Positions 35,050 to 45,152 of a DNA stretch of 61,754 bases are shown piece after piece. The notes under the pieces were generated by a model. That model searched no databases. It was given only the letters and a program-made list of their open reading frames with translations, and was not told the origin of the DNA. Origin of the DNA: a virus. The DNA lies in IMG/VR virus record IMGVR_UViG_3300017613_001703. One strand, written 5' to 3'. The translations under genes were made by a program, and so were the position numbers. Positions within the stretch are counted from its first letter, which is position 1. Each line of letters starts with the position of its first letter.

Positions 35050-35178
35050 ATGAACCCGATAGAGGCAAGAGCTATTGCTTACGGGTACAAGATTTTAAAA
35101 GAGCGTCGTAAAATTACAGTTTGGCAACGAGGCATAAACCTTATTTACCGATTGACGCGGATCTTAACCGGCAGGTAA
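35050..35178 (+). CDS. possible small basic protein (42 aa)
   Basis: GGTGGGGAA then ATG. Followed by the hairpin GCAGGT-AAAA-ACCTGC. Confidence 0.3.
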   Translation: MNPIEARAIAYGYKILKERRKITVWQRGINLIYRLTRILTGR

Positions 35179-35222
35179 AAACCTGCAAGACATAATTTAA
35201 AGCACGACCACCGAACACACGG

Positions 35223-35267
35223 GGCGGCTTTTGAAGGAAACACCTTCAGGAGTCGCCTTTTCTTTTT
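35223..35267 (+). terminator. intrinsic terminator upstream of the scaffold/capsid genes
   Basis: Compound stem GGCGGCT..TGAAGG-aaaca-CCTTCA..AGTCGCC followed by TTTTCTTTTT. Confidence 0.6.
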
Positions 35268-35337
35268 GCACCGGGCCGGGAAACCGCCCCGAAACCGTTC
35301 ACCGCAAATAGGCGCTGGACAACAGGAGATTAAAGTA

Positions 35338-36201
35338 ATGGCAGAGGACCAGGGAATATTGACCGAAGAAGAAGCCGCCCAGGAAAGGGCCGATGCTGCA
35401 AAGGAGATTTTTGGTAGTGAGGGAACCGCCGATGATGATTCGCCGGGAACACCCCCCGACCCAAAACCCGGAGTAGAACCAGCGCCCGAGAAAGACCCTT
35501 GGGATGGAGTTGACCCCGTTATCCGGGAAAAGTTTGAGGCAATGGAAACCAAGCTGGTAGATTACGATTCAGTGGCCACCCGATTAAAGCAGGCTGAGTC
35601 ACGAATCGGAGCAATCACCAACGAGGCCGCCGCCAAAGCTAAGCAAGACAAGGAAGCACCGACACAAGATGAGATAGATGCCGCTGCAGAATCTGAGTCT
35701 GATTGGGATGACCTGAAAGAGGAATTTCCGCAATGGGCCAAGGCTGTTGACAACCGGATTAAAAAAGAGGGTGAAACCTTCAAGAAGCTTCAAGACCAAA
35801 TCGACAGCCTGGAATCGAACCGTTCCACCGGAGGCAACGAGGATCTGCTTAAAGAGGTAGACAGCCTGAAAAGGTTGGCGATCACGATCAAGCATAAGGA
35901 TTGGCTTCAGACGGTAAAGACCCCTGAGTTTAACGAGTTCGCCAAGTCGAGCGAGGAAAACCAGCGGTTGTTTGCCAGCCAGAACCCCGCAGAAGCGATC
36001 GAACTGCTTGACAGGTACGCCGACAGAAAACCACCGGAAAAGAAAACCACCGCGCAGATTGCGGAGGAGCGCAAGAAACGGCTCAAACAATCACAAACAC
36101 CAAACACAGCGTCTTCTCGACCAACGGCCAAGTCAGATGATGACATGGACGATGCCGAGTTTAGGGCGCGTGAGGCGAGACGGATTTTCGCCGAAGGATA
36201 A
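35338..36201 (+). CDS. scaffolding protein (287 aa from ATG 35338)
   Basis: CAGGAGATTAAAGTA then ATG. Acidic, helical and low-complexity. Immediately upstream of the major capsid gene. Confidence 0.65.
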   Translation: MAEDQGILTEEEAAQERADAAKEIFGSEGTADDDSPGTPPDPKPGVEPAPEKDPWDGVDPVIREKFEAMETKLVDYDSVATRLKQAESRIGAITNEAAAKAKQDKEAPTQDEIDAAAESESDWDDLKEEFPQWAKAVDNRIKKEGETFKKLQDQIDSLESNRSTGGNEDLLKEVDSLKRLAITIKHKDWLQTVKTPEFNEFAKSSEENQRLFASQNPAEAIELLDRYADRKPPEKKTTAQIAEERKKRLKQSQTPNTASSRPTAKSDDDMDDAEFRAREARRIFAEG

Positions 36202-36213
36202 AGGAGCAGCACA

Positions 36214-37254
36214 ATGGCTACCCAGAAATATAGTACTAAAGCGTCCCGGAATCTTATCCGGGCAGAACTCAAGATGCTGAAGCATGTTGAAAACATTACC
36301 GTTCTTGGCAAGTTCGGTCAGCAGAAGGAGCAACCGCTTCGCAAAACTGACACAATCGTTTTCCGGCGGCTGCAGCCCTTCAACGCGACCGCCACCGAAA
36401 CCCCGGACATCACCACCGCGAATTTCGTCACCAGTGAGGGCACGACCCCCACGGCGAACACGATTACCTACACGGATGTGTCCGTTACCCTGAGCCAGTT
36501 TGCCGTCCTGTTCAAGTTTTCCAGCAAGACCGAACTGATGTACGAGGAGGACATTCCTGACGATATGGCCACCCTGACCGGACAGACCCTTGGCGAAGTG
36601 GCCGAGCTTGTTTGTTACGGCGCCATGAGAGCCGGATCATCCGTGGTTTACGCCAACGGTGCCAGCCGGGCCGTTGTCAACACCGCCATTTCCATTCGGA
36701 AGCTGCGCCAGTCCGCCCGGACCTTAGAAAGCAACCGGGCCATGCGCGTCACCAAGATGGTTAAGCCGGGTGAAAATTTCGGCACATCGAGCGTGGAGCC
36801 GGCCTATCTGGTTTTTCATCATACCGATTGCAATGCCGACATTCGGGACTTGCCCGGGTTTACCAAGATTCAGGATTACGGGACCGCCATCAAACCGGTG
36901 CATCCCAGAGAGATCGGCGCCTGTGAAGAATTTCGGTTTATTCCCTCCCCGCTGTTTGCTCCGTTCCTGGCGGGCGGCGCGGTTGTTGGGACTTCCGGTA
37001 TGGAAGCCGCTAACAGTACCAACGTCGATGTTTACCCGATGATTATCACCGCCGAGGACGCATGGGGCCATGTGAGCCTTAAGGGCAAGGGTTACACCAG
37101 TATTAGCCCGACCATCATTCCGTCCAACGTGAAAAACCATGCCAACCCATCAGGCATGTTCGGATATGTGGGTGCTGACTTCTGGTATCAGAGCGTTCGG
37201 CTTAACGAAAACTGGATGACCCGGATCGAAGTTTGTGTCTCCGATCTGGATTAA
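36214..37254 (+). CDS. major capsid protein, HK97 fold (N4-gp56-like pattern) (346 aa)
   Basis: AAAGGAGCAGCACA then ATG. TIVFRRLQPF...TSEGTTP...VTLSQFAVLFKFS resembles the N4-gp56 family signature (from memory). Position after the scaffold gene. Confidence 0.8.
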   Translation: MATQKYSTKASRNLIRAELKMLKHVENITVLGKFGQQKEQPLRKTDTIVFRRLQPFNATATETPDITTANFVTSEGTTPTANTITYTDVSVTLSQFAVLFKFSSKTELMYEEDIPDDMATLTGQTLGEVAELVCYGAMRAGSSVVYANGASRAVVNTAISIRKLRQSARTLESNRAMRVTKMVKPGENFGTSSVEPAYLVFHHTDCNADIRDLPGFTKIQDYGTAIKPVHPREIGACEEFRFIPSPLFAPFLAGGAVVGTSGMEAANSTNVDVYPMIITAEDAWGHVSLKGKGYTSISPTIIPSNVKNHANPSGMFGYVGADFWYQSVRLNENWMTRIEVCVSDLD

Positions 37255-37295
37255 TCCATAACTGTTCCCGGCATCAATAAAAAGGAGATCGCCAC

Positions 37296-38285
37296 ATGAA
37301 CAACAAAATTCAGCAGTTTATCAACTACGTTGCCGACCCGAGGGCGAGAGCGTCCCTTACCGGCATTTATAAGTACCAGCAACAGGGCGATACCATTCCG
37401 CCTGCTGCTGGCACTGGATACCCGACCGGTGCGAAGTTTCTTTTAACCAACGCTGCCCCGGGCCAGTGTACCGAATGGACTAATGTGGGCACGGTTGCAT
37501 CCTGCCTATTCGTTCCGACCGGCCCGATTAATGGGTATGGGTGTGCGTTTGCAGGTGGTCCGGTTGACCTGACCGATGACGCAGACGAAACGTATGTGGA
37601 AATCCCCGGTCACCTTCAGAGCACCGATCTGTGCTTCGCGCAACATTCTTTGACCGCCGCGGCTGACCAGTTTAACACGGTTGTCCCGGTCGGTGTTGGC
37701 ACCTTGCTGATTAACATGGCAATGGGAGGCAACCCGACCGACAGCATGGATGCCAATTACGCGGGTTTCCGAGCGAACTGTACCCCAACGCATGATATTT
37801 GGGCGGCGGGTACGGTCAGTTGCCTGGCAGCCGACGACGCGACCATTGCAAGGACCATCACCGGACTTCTGGCTACCGATATTGCCATTGTTACCCAGGA
37901 GCGTCAGTCATCCACCCAAACACTCAATTTGGTTGTGTGTACCGCGAACACCTTGACCATTACTTACTCAGCCGACCCGGGAGCCTCAGACGGCGCCCAA
38001 AAGTGGAACTACATGATCCTGCGGCCGAGAGGGACCTTCAAACCGAGTCATTATGTGGCTTTTGCCGGGCAGTATACCGCATTAACAGCTGACACCACGG
38101 CCGTTGCCATCACCGTGACCGGAGCTCTTGCCACCGATATTGCCATTGTTCAGTGCTACGATTCTGACGATGATGATTGTTTTGTCGAGGGTGCGGTAAT
38201 GACGGCCAACACCTTAACCCTGGAATTAACCAACGATCCGGTGACCGACCACAGCTGGTCGTATCTGGTTCTACGGGCATACTAA
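37296..38285 (+). CDS. capsid-associated protein with an internal duplication (329 aa)
   Basis: AAAGGAGATCGCCAC then ATG. Repeats ITGLLATDIAIVTQ..ANTLTITYSADPG..WNYMILR and VTGALATDIAIVQC..ANTLTLELTNDP..WSYLVLR. Confidence 0.65.
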   Translation: MNNKIQQFINYVADPRARASLTGIYKYQQQGDTIPPAAGTGYPTGAKFLLTNAAPGQCTEWTNVGTVASCLFVPTGPINGYGCAFAGGPVDLTDDADETYVEIPGHLQSTDLCFAQHSLTAAADQFNTVVPVGVGTLLINMAMGGNPTDSMDANYAGFRANCTPTHDIWAAGTVSCLAADDATIARTITGLLATDIAIVTQERQSSTQTLNLVVCTANTLTITYSADPGASDGAQKWNYMILRPRGTFKPSHYVAFAGQYTALTADTTAVAITVTGALATDIAIVQCYDSDDDDCFVEGAVMTANTLTLELTNDPVTDHSWSYLVLRAY

Positions 38286-38385
38286 AACAATTTTGGGGGA
38301 TAGGGATACTCACCCATCCTGACCCGAAAAGCCGAACCCCTGGCGGCCTTCCCCCAACTCTTTACAGGGAATTAGGAGATGAACC

Positions 38386-38853
38386 ATGATTAACCTGAAT
38401 GAAGCTCACAGAGGCGGGACAATGTGTCTGGCCAAGGCTGGCCTTGCGGTTGGCGGGACCTCTACGATTGGCCGGACCAACGCGCCCAACGGTGCCGGAA
38501 TCGATTTTGCCATCAATGGCCTTTTGTACCATTTGGCCGATGCCGATGACAATATCGCCCTTACCGGTGTTGCAGTGGCTGATGGATATACCAGCCTTGT
38601 GGTGGTTTGCGTCAGTACAGCCGGGGCGCTTACCGTTGTTCAGGGCAATTCGGCCTTGACAACCGACCTGACGGCGGGAACCGATGTTTTGCATTGGCCA
38701 ACCCCGACTGACGGAACCTGCGCGATTGGTGCAATCAAAATTGCCATGGATGGCGCTGCCTTTGTTGGCGCAACCACAGGCCTGGATGCTGCAGAGTGTA
38801 CCGACACTTACTATGATTTCGTAACCGTGCCGACCGCGCCCCTGGCATCATAA
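38386..38853 (+). CDS. structural paralog A (155 aa), decoration-like by position
   Basis: AGGAGATGAACC then ATG. MINLNEAHRGGTMCLAKAGLA...APNGAGIDFAINGLLYHLADAD. Confidence 0.65.
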   Translation: MINLNEAHRGGTMCLAKAGLAVGGTSTIGRTNAPNGAGIDFAINGLLYHLADADDNIALTGVAVADGYTSLVVVCVSTAGALTVVQGNSALTTDLTAGTDVLHWPTPTDGTCAIGAIKIAMDGAAFVGATTGLDAAECTDTYYDFVTVPTAPLAS

Positions 38854-38866
38854 AAGGAGATGCTCG

Positions 38867-39331
38867 ATGATAAACTTAAGTGAAGCCCATAGGGGCGCGA
38901 CAATGTGTTTCAGCAAGGCTGGTTTAGCCGAGGGAACCAACGCCCATACCATTAAGACCGCTGCGCCCAACGGTGCTGGTGTTGATTTTGCGATCAACGG
39001 CTTGCTGTATCACCTGGCCGATGCGGACAACATCGATCCGACCGCGTGTGACGAACAGGCTGCCGATACCACCTGCTTGTATTTGGTGACGGTTAATGCC
39101 GCCGGAACCGTGGATACCATAAAGGGAACCGAGATCCTTACTGCGACCCTCACCGCTGGTGACGGTGTAGTGCATTGGCCAGAACCGGCCGCCAATACCT
39201 GCGCGATTGGTGCAATCAAGGTTGTTACGACCGCCGCTTTCACCATGGCAACAACCGACCTTGGAGCAGGAGCGGTAACGGATACCTATTACGATTTTCT
39301 GACCATACCGGTTGAACCGTTGACGTCCTAA
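38867..39331 (+). CDS. structural paralog B (154 aa)
   Basis: AAAGGAGATGCTCG then ATG. MINLSEAHRGATMCFSKAGLA...APNGAGVDFAINGLLYHLADAD. Confidence 0.65.
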   Translation: MINLSEAHRGATMCFSKAGLAEGTNAHTIKTAAPNGAGVDFAINGLLYHLADADNIDPTACDEQAADTTCLYLVTVNAAGTVDTIKGTEILTATLTAGDGVVHWPEPAANTCAIGAIKVVTTAAFTMATTDLGAGAVTDTYYDFLTIPVEPLTS

Positions 39332-39384
39332 CTACTAACGGGGGGTGAATTGCCCCCAAGAACCCACCAGGGGAGAGCATAGCC

Positions 39385-39828
39385 ATGCCGAAAAGAAAAG
39401 ACAACGATGTTGTAGACGAAAACTTAGGACAGGAAGAAGCCATTAACCTTGGCGAAGTTGGCGACCCGGGGCCGATTGAAAAGGCCGTTGAGGGTGATGT
39501 CAAGATGGAAGCGTTTATGAACGACCTCCTTGAAATTGTTGTTCATGAAACCGGGAATGAGGGCGATCTCCCCGTTATTTGTCCCCAAGTGAACGGCACC
39601 AATCAGCCGATCATTAGAGGCCGAAAGACAATGGTAAAGCGCAAGTACGTTGAAGCCCTGGCCCGCTGCACGACAACCAAGTACACGCAGACAACGCCGG
39701 ATGCCGCGCACCCGGACAACATGCAGATGATTCCGCGCCGGTCGCTCACATACCCGTTTACCGTTGTCCGGGATCCGCATCCGAAAGGTGATGCTTGGCT
39801 TGATATGATTAAAGCACAGCCGGCATAA
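39385..39828 (+). CDS. hypothetical head/neck protein (147 aa); its C-terminal domain is paralogous to 34378..34731
   Basis: VKRKYVEALARCTTTKY...YPFTVVRDPHPKGDAWL. No signal peptide. Confidence 0.6.
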   Translation: MPKRKDNDVVDENLGQEEAINLGEVGDPGPIEKAVEGDVKMEAFMNDLLEIVVHETGNEGDLPVICPQVNGTNQPIIRGRKTMVKRKYVEALARCTTTKYTQTTPDAAHPDNMQMIPRRSLTYPFTVVRDPHPKGDAWLDMIKAQPA

Positions 39829-39915
39829 ATAGTCTTGGCCGGTGGGGCCTTTCCCCTCTAATGGTCCTACCTCCAACCATTCCAGGTCTCATCGGTCAAG
39901 TTTAAAAGGAGTGGC

Positions 39916-40599
39916 ATGAACTACCTGCAAATGTTCCAACGACTCCATTCCGAGTCCCGGCGCCAGGGCACGACACCGACAGCGGTTACGAGTCAGACGG
40001 GCATGAACCAACGCCTTTTGAATTGGATCGATACGTCATACGAAGATATTCAGTTATTGCACGAAACGTGGTTGTTCAGGCGGGCGTCTTTTAGCGGGTC
40101 CACTGTAGACGCGACACAGAACTACACCGCGGCCGACCTTGGAGTCACTGATCTTTCGATGTGGTGGTTCTACTCCGGCCAGGGCCTTTCCGGGATTCGT
40201 CTTTATTCTTCTGCGGCCGACGAAACCGATCTTCAGTATGTTCCCTGGGACGATTTCTTAAGGGAATATAAGTTTGGTGCCCGCCGGTCAACGACCGGAA
40301 GGCCATCCGTTTTTACCGTCAAGACCGATCAGTCTATTGACCTATGGCCCATTCCGAACGCCATTTTTACCTTGAACGGCGAATACGTTCAGCAGCCTGA
40401 CGTTATGGAAGCCAACGCCGATATTCCTGTTTTCAACGACTTTCACATGGCGATTGTATGGCGGGCCTTGATGTATTACGGAGCATCCTCCGGGGCCGGT
40501 GACGTTTACATCCACGGTCAAAACCAATACGACGATCTTCTTTACAAGCTTGAAAAGCGGTATTTGCCTATCATTACATGGGGAAATCCACTCGTATGA
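39916..40599 (+). CDS. head-tail adaptor / tail tubular protein A-like (227 aa), assigned by position
   Basis: AAAGGAGTGGC then ATG. LLNWIDTSYEDIQLLHETWLF resembles the N-terminal logic of gp11-type adaptors. It precedes a ~715-aa protein, as in T7-like tails. Confidence 0.45.
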   Translation: MNYLQMFQRLHSESRRQGTTPTAVTSQTGMNQRLLNWIDTSYEDIQLLHETWLFRRASFSGSTVDATQNYTAADLGVTDLSMWWFYSGQGLSGIRLYSSAADETDLQYVPWDDFLREYKFGARRSTTGRPSVFTVKTDQSIDLWPIPNAIFTLNGEYVQQPDVMEANADIPVFNDFHMAIVWRALMYYGASSGAGDVYIHGQNQYDDLLYKLEKRYLPIITWGNPLV

Positions 40600-42743
40600 T
40601 GAAACTCCCGAGGGTTAACATTAGAGAAGACTATTTTCAAACGGTCGGCGGTGAGGATCTTATATCCCCGACAATCACCGTTGATCCCGGCAGGGCTATT
40701 ATTACCCAGAATTACGAGCTTGACACCCTTGGTCGTTACCGACTTATCGACGGGTACGAAGCGTTTGACGGTCGGCCTAAGCCGTCAGCGGCAAGCTATT
40801 GGATACTGAACTTCGATGCAGGCAGTGTTGAAATTGACGACGACGATATTTTGACCGGTGCCGGTGGTGCGTCCGGGATTATTATGCGGGTATCGAGGGC
40901 ATCAGGCACCTGGGCAGGTGGTGACGCGGCCGGTTACGTTGTTCTTTTTGGTGTCACGGGCGATTACGTTGATGACGAAACATTGTCTGTGCTTGGCGGG
41001 CCTGTTGCGGTGGCGAATGGGGTGGCCACAGAACGAGGCTATGCTGACGAAACACAGGATACTATCTGGTTATTGGCAGCCGTAGAAGCGACAAGGGGCA
41101 ATATCGCCGGTGTTGCTGGTTCGGGCAATATACTTGGTGTTTGGCAATACAAAGGCGTCAAGTACGCATTTCGTAACAACGCTGGCGGGACTGCCGCGGT
41201 GATGTTCAAATCATCAACATCCGGGTGGACGGCCGTCGATCTTGGTCGATACCTGGCGTTTAGCAGTGGCGGCGTTACCGAGATATCGGAAGCGGATACC
41301 ATCGAGGGCGAAACCGGTGGAGCGACCGCAACGGTTGAGAGGGTTGTGCTACAAAGTGGTACTTGGGCCGGTGGTGATGCAGCGGGGTATTTTATTCTGT
41401 CCGGTCAAACCGGTACGTTTGAGTCAGAAACAGTCAAGGTTGGTGTGAATCTTAACCTTGCCACAATAACCACAGACTCAACGGTGCAGACGCTTTTACC
41501 TGATGGCCGGTACGAATTCGTCAACAAAAACTTCAGGGGTCATTCCAACACGGCCAGGATGTACGGATGCGATGGTGTCAATAAAGGGTTTGAGTTCGAT
41601 GGGACAGTCTATACGCCGATAGAAACCGGGATGACCACAGACAAGCCTGTTCACATAACCGCCCACAAAAAGCATTTATTCTTTATCTTCCCGGGTGGTT
41701 CGATACAACATAGCTCAACAGGTGACCCGCTTACATGGTCTGCCATTACAGGATCGGCCGAATTGGCCCTTGGTGATGAAGGGGTGGCTTTTGTTTCCAT
41801 GCCGAACACCTTAGCGATCTTCACCAGGAACACCACGCATATCCTTTATGGATCGTCAACCGATGATTGGGATTTAAGGCCACACTCTAACGAGGCGGGT
41901 GCGGTTGAATGGTCGGTGCAAAAAATCGGATTGGGTATTTATTTGGATGACAGGGGCCTGACTTCCCTATCAGCCGTTCAGGAATACGGTGATTTCAAGG
42001 CGAACACGTTATCAAAATATGTTGACCCGTTTTTAAAAACGATGATGGGCAATGTACAGAGTTCGGCCAGGGTGAAAAGTAAAAACCAGTATCGTCTATT
42101 CTTCGATGACCTTCAGGTTTTAACGCTCAATGTCGAAGGAAACAAGGTGATCGGATTCACTAGGCAATTTTACGATCACTTGCCCGTTTGCGTTTGTTCC
42201 TCCGAGAATACCTCGGGAGAAGAGGAGATTTTTTTTGGCTCTACAGACGGGTACGTTTACGAACTGGACAAGGGAACTTCTTTTAACGGCGACCCGATAG
42301 AAGCAATGGCGAAGTTCCATTTCAACCACTTGAAGTCTCCAAGACGAAGAAAGCAGATACGCGGGATTGTTTTAGAGCTTGCCGCACCGGCTGACACTTA
42401 CTTGAGCGCAAATGTAGAATTCGATTATGGAGAAACGGCCAATGCTGGAGTTATCTTCAGCACTGAGTCACAGGGCGGCATTTGGGGTGTGGCGAATTGG
42501 GGCGAGTTTTATTGGGACGGTGGCAGTAAAAGTTCGCAACCTCTTGATGTAGATGCGGAATGTATGAATTTTTCGCTCACTGTTTATTATTCTGGTGTAT
42601 GGGAATTACAAGAGGATGATCCGATATTAGGGACCGGCTTTTTTCCTGCAGTTTTTGGAGGGCTTGAAGGCCTGACCGGAGCGGTTCCCCATACTCTACA
42701 GGGTTATATTGTCCTTTACGATTTAAGGAGCCTTCAACGATGA
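40596..42743 (+). CDS. nozzle / tail tubular protein B-like (715 aa from ATG 40596), assigned by position
   Basis: ATGA overlap, plus size and synteny. No motif recognised. Confidence 0.45.
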   Translation: MMKLPRVNIREDYFQTVGGEDLISPTITVDPGRAIITQNYELDTLGRYRLIDGYEAFDGRPKPSAASYWILNFDAGSVEIDDDDILTGAGGASGIIMRVSRASGTWAGGDAAGYVVLFGVTGDYVDDETLSVLGGPVAVANGVATERGYADETQDTIWLLAAVEATRGNIAGVAGSGNILGVWQYKGVKYAFRNNAGGTAAVMFKSSTSGWTAVDLGRYLAFSSGGVTEISEADTIEGETGGATATVERVVLQSGTWAGGDAAGYFILSGQTGTFESETVKVGVNLNLATITTDSTVQTLLPDGRYEFVNKNFRGHSNTARMYGCDGVNKGFEFDGTVYTPIETGMTTDKPVHITAHKKHLFFIFPGGSIQHSSTGDPLTWSAITGSAELALGDEGVAFVSMPNTLAIFTRNTTHILYGSSTDDWDLRPHSNEAGAVEWSVQKIGLGIYLDDRGLTSLSAVQEYGDFKANTLSKYVDPFLKTMMGNVQSSARVKSKNQYRLFFDDLQVLTLNVEGNKVIGFTRQFYDHLPVCVCSSENTSGEEEIFFGSTDGYVYELDKGTSFNGDPIEAMAKFHFNHLKSPRRRKQIRGIVLELAAPADTYLSANVEFDYGETANAGVIFSTESQGGIWGVANWGEFYWDGGSKSSQPLDVDAECMNFSLTVYYSGVWELQEDDPILGTGFFPAVFGGLEGLTGAVPHTLQGYIVLYDLRSLQR

Positions 42744-43783
42744 ACGATTTTTATGATGCGGACGTTTTTACCGGATCTGCCGGAACCCGGGCCAGGGCTT
42801 CTCAAGTGTCCGCTGTTTCTGAGGCCGTCGAGGATGCTTTTGATTTGTTGCCCGACGAAGACGATATTAACATGGGCTTGATTAACTACGCGGTTGATTC
42901 CGGTGCAGCGGACGCCTATATTGTCACGCTTCCCCAAGAGCCAACCGCTCTTACTGATGGTATGCAGGTTGTTTTCAAGGCTTCTGCAGCCAACACGGGC
43001 GCTTGCACGATCAACCCGGACCTCCTTGGGGCCATCAGCATCAAACGCCATGACGGGACTGACCCTGTTGCTGGCGATATCGGCACAAACAAGATTACCG
43101 AACTGAGATACAATTCGACATCAGCCACCTTTGAAATACAGGGCTCAATTGGTATTGCGGCCGGGACCGGGACAATGGCGGCCCAAAACGCAAATGCTGT
43201 TGCAATTACCGGTGGAACAGTAACGGGATTAGGGACACCGCTTGCCCTCGCGTCTGGTGGGACTGCAGCCGCTAGTGCAGCAGCAGCATTAACCAGCCTT
43301 GGTTTTACGGCTGTAGTGGCTGAAGTTAATACCGGTTGTGACGGTATATCAGATCCGCCTATTGCCGGTGATGCGACACCCGGGCGGGTGCTTAGAGCGT
43401 CAACTTTGCTAATAGAGGACGGTTTGGCAGCGACATCATTAAAAATGACACTGACCAGCCTGTTTAATGGAGATGCTGTAACCGTACAAGACAGTATGAC
43501 AGATGGCGTAACGAAAGAAGGCCTAGAGTTTACGCAGGCTGTTGCTGATTCAATCTCTATCGAGGTGATGAACAGTGCTTTGACTGGTGATTGCGTCCAA
43601 ACCCTTGCCGTTATTGTTTCCAGTAATGCAACCGCCGTAGACATTACGACTTACCCGGTTGCGTCAGCTTCAGGAATAAAGTTCTGGATATTTAAAGCGC
43701 CGGATAGAGGGAACTTAACCATGACAACACTGGTTGATACTGGTGATATTATCCTAACAATAATCTACCTCACCGACGAATAA
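42740..43783 (+). CDS. tail fibre protein (347 aa)
   Basis: NYAVDSGAADAYIVTLPQEPTALTDGMQVVFKASAANTGACTIN and LALASGGTAAASAAAALTSLG are classic fibre N-terminal motifs. Confidence 0.75.
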   Translation: MNDFYDADVFTGSAGTRARASQVSAVSEAVEDAFDLLPDEDDINMGLINYAVDSGAADAYIVTLPQEPTALTDGMQVVFKASAANTGACTINPDLLGAISIKRHDGTDPVAGDIGTNKITELRYNSTSATFEIQGSIGIAAGTGTMAAQNANAVAITGGTVTGLGTPLALASGGTAAASAAAALTSLGFTAVVAEVNTGCDGISDPPIAGDATPGRVLRASTLLIEDGLAATSLKMTLTSLFNGDAVTVQDSMTDGVTKEGLEFTQAVADSISIEVMNSALTGDCVQTLAVIVSSNATAVDITTYPVASASGIKFWIFKAPDRGNLTMTTLVDTGDIILTIIYLTDE

Positions 43784-43794
43784 AGGGAACAGTT

Positions 43795-44709
43795 ATGCCA
43801 AACGAAGACATTTTTGAAACCAAACCAAAACAGGGGATTTTGTCCTCTCAGGCGGTTGTTCCTCCACCCCCGGAGGCGCCGGCCAACCGGCCGATTGATC
43901 AAGGTCTTGCGAATGGTGAACTGAAGATTGACGAGTCGGGCGCTTTTTTTACACCCGGGAATACCTTGTCAGCCGGTCAATCAGGGATGGGTGCGGAAAA
44001 TACTGTTGCTGGTCAAATGACAGGTCTGCTTTCCAGTGAGAGCCCGTATAGAAAGGCGGCTGAGGCTTCTGCACAGAGGCAAGCCAACGATAGGGGCTTG
44101 TTAAATTCTAGTCTCGCGGCCACCGCTGGCACCAAAGCGGCCATTGAATCGGCCCTGCCAATCGCGCAACAGGATGCCGGGTATTTTCAGCAACGTGGAC
44201 TTCAGGAGCAGCAGGGCAACATCCAAAAAGGTTTGTATGAAACGCAGGGGGATATTTCGAAGCAACTTGCAACGGCAGGATTTGCCCACGAAAAGGAACT
44301 TGCAGCCGCAGGGTACACCCACGAAAAGGCTACACAAGAGGCTGATCTTGCCTGGAAAAATGCCGACCTTGCGTCACGGATGGACCTTGAATTTACCCGG
44401 ATGGACGATGAAAAAAAAGCTCAATTTGACGTAACCACCCGGCAGGCCATGGAGGATTATACCAAACAGTATATTGCCATTCTTGCCGACCCTGCGTTTA
44501 GCACAGAGGGCGACAGGAAGGTTGCCATCAACACACTGATTGAATCCACTGGTCATCGTCTTCAAATAGCCGCGGACATCGCCGGGGTTGAGCTAATCTG
44601 GAAACCGGAAGTGCCGACACCGCCGACCAATCCGACCGAAGAAGAGGCAATAAGTCCCAAACTTGATTTTTCCTTGACCAAACCAAGATTTGATGGTGGT
44701 GGGCCTTGA
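43795..44709 (+). CDS. Gln/Ala-rich structural protein (304 aa), internal-virion candidate
   Basis: AAGGGAACAGTT then ATG. Assigned by position in the block after the tail genes. Confidence 0.55.
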   Translation: MPNEDIFETKPKQGILSSQAVVPPPPEAPANRPIDQGLANGELKIDESGAFFTPGNTLSAGQSGMGAENTVAGQMTGLLSSESPYRKAAEASAQRQANDRGLLNSSLAATAGTKAAIESALPIAQQDAGYFQQRGLQEQQGNIQKGLYETQGDISKQLATAGFAHEKELAAAGYTHEKATQEADLAWKNADLASRMDLEFTRMDDEKKAQFDVTTRQAMEDYTKQYIAILADPAFSTEGDRKVAINTLIESTGHRLQIAADIAGVELIWKPEVPTPPTNPTEEEAISPKLDFSLTKPRFDGGGP

Positions 44710-45152
44710 ACCCCGAATGGATAGTGGATCCGTATCCAGTGTGGGATGATATTCGATCATACCTGGCCGACGATACCGGAGAACTTGAAACAGAAGGGCA
44801 GTTTTTGGGAATTTTCGATGGGGAGATTATGGCCGGCGCCTTCTTGATAAAACCATGGAGCGCATATTGTTACGAACTGCACGGCGGAGTTTTGAAAAAA
44901 TATTGGGGGAAAGGTCCAGAAATTTGCGCAATGGCAGGCAGAACAGTATTTTACTCGTCACCATGCTTGAAACTGGTGGCGATCGTACCTGAGTTTAATC
45001 GACCTATGAGATCGTGTGTTCAGAAAGCAGGCATGAAACAAGAAGGGATTGTAAAGAATTCCTATCTTAAATGGAGCAGGCTACACGATCAATATGTTTA
45101 TGGGGTTACAAGAACAGAGATGAGACAAATACCAGTGAAGGGAGAGTCATAA
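44706..45152 (+). CDS. GNAT-family N-acetyltransferase (148 aa; TTG 44706 or GTG 44724 start)
   Basis: ELHGGVLKKYWGKGPEICAMAGRTVFY...LVAIVPEFNRPMRSCVQKAGMKQEGIVKNSY...DQYVYGVTRTE follows the RimJ/RimL-type pattern. Confidence 0.65.
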   Translation: MNPEWIVDPYPVWDDIRSYLADDTGELETEGQFLGIFDGEIMAGAFLIKPWSAYCYELHGGVLKKYWGKGPEICAMAGRTVFYSSPCLKLVAIVPEFNRPMRSCVQKAGMKQEGIVKNSYLKWSRLHDQYVYGVTRTEMRQIPVKGES

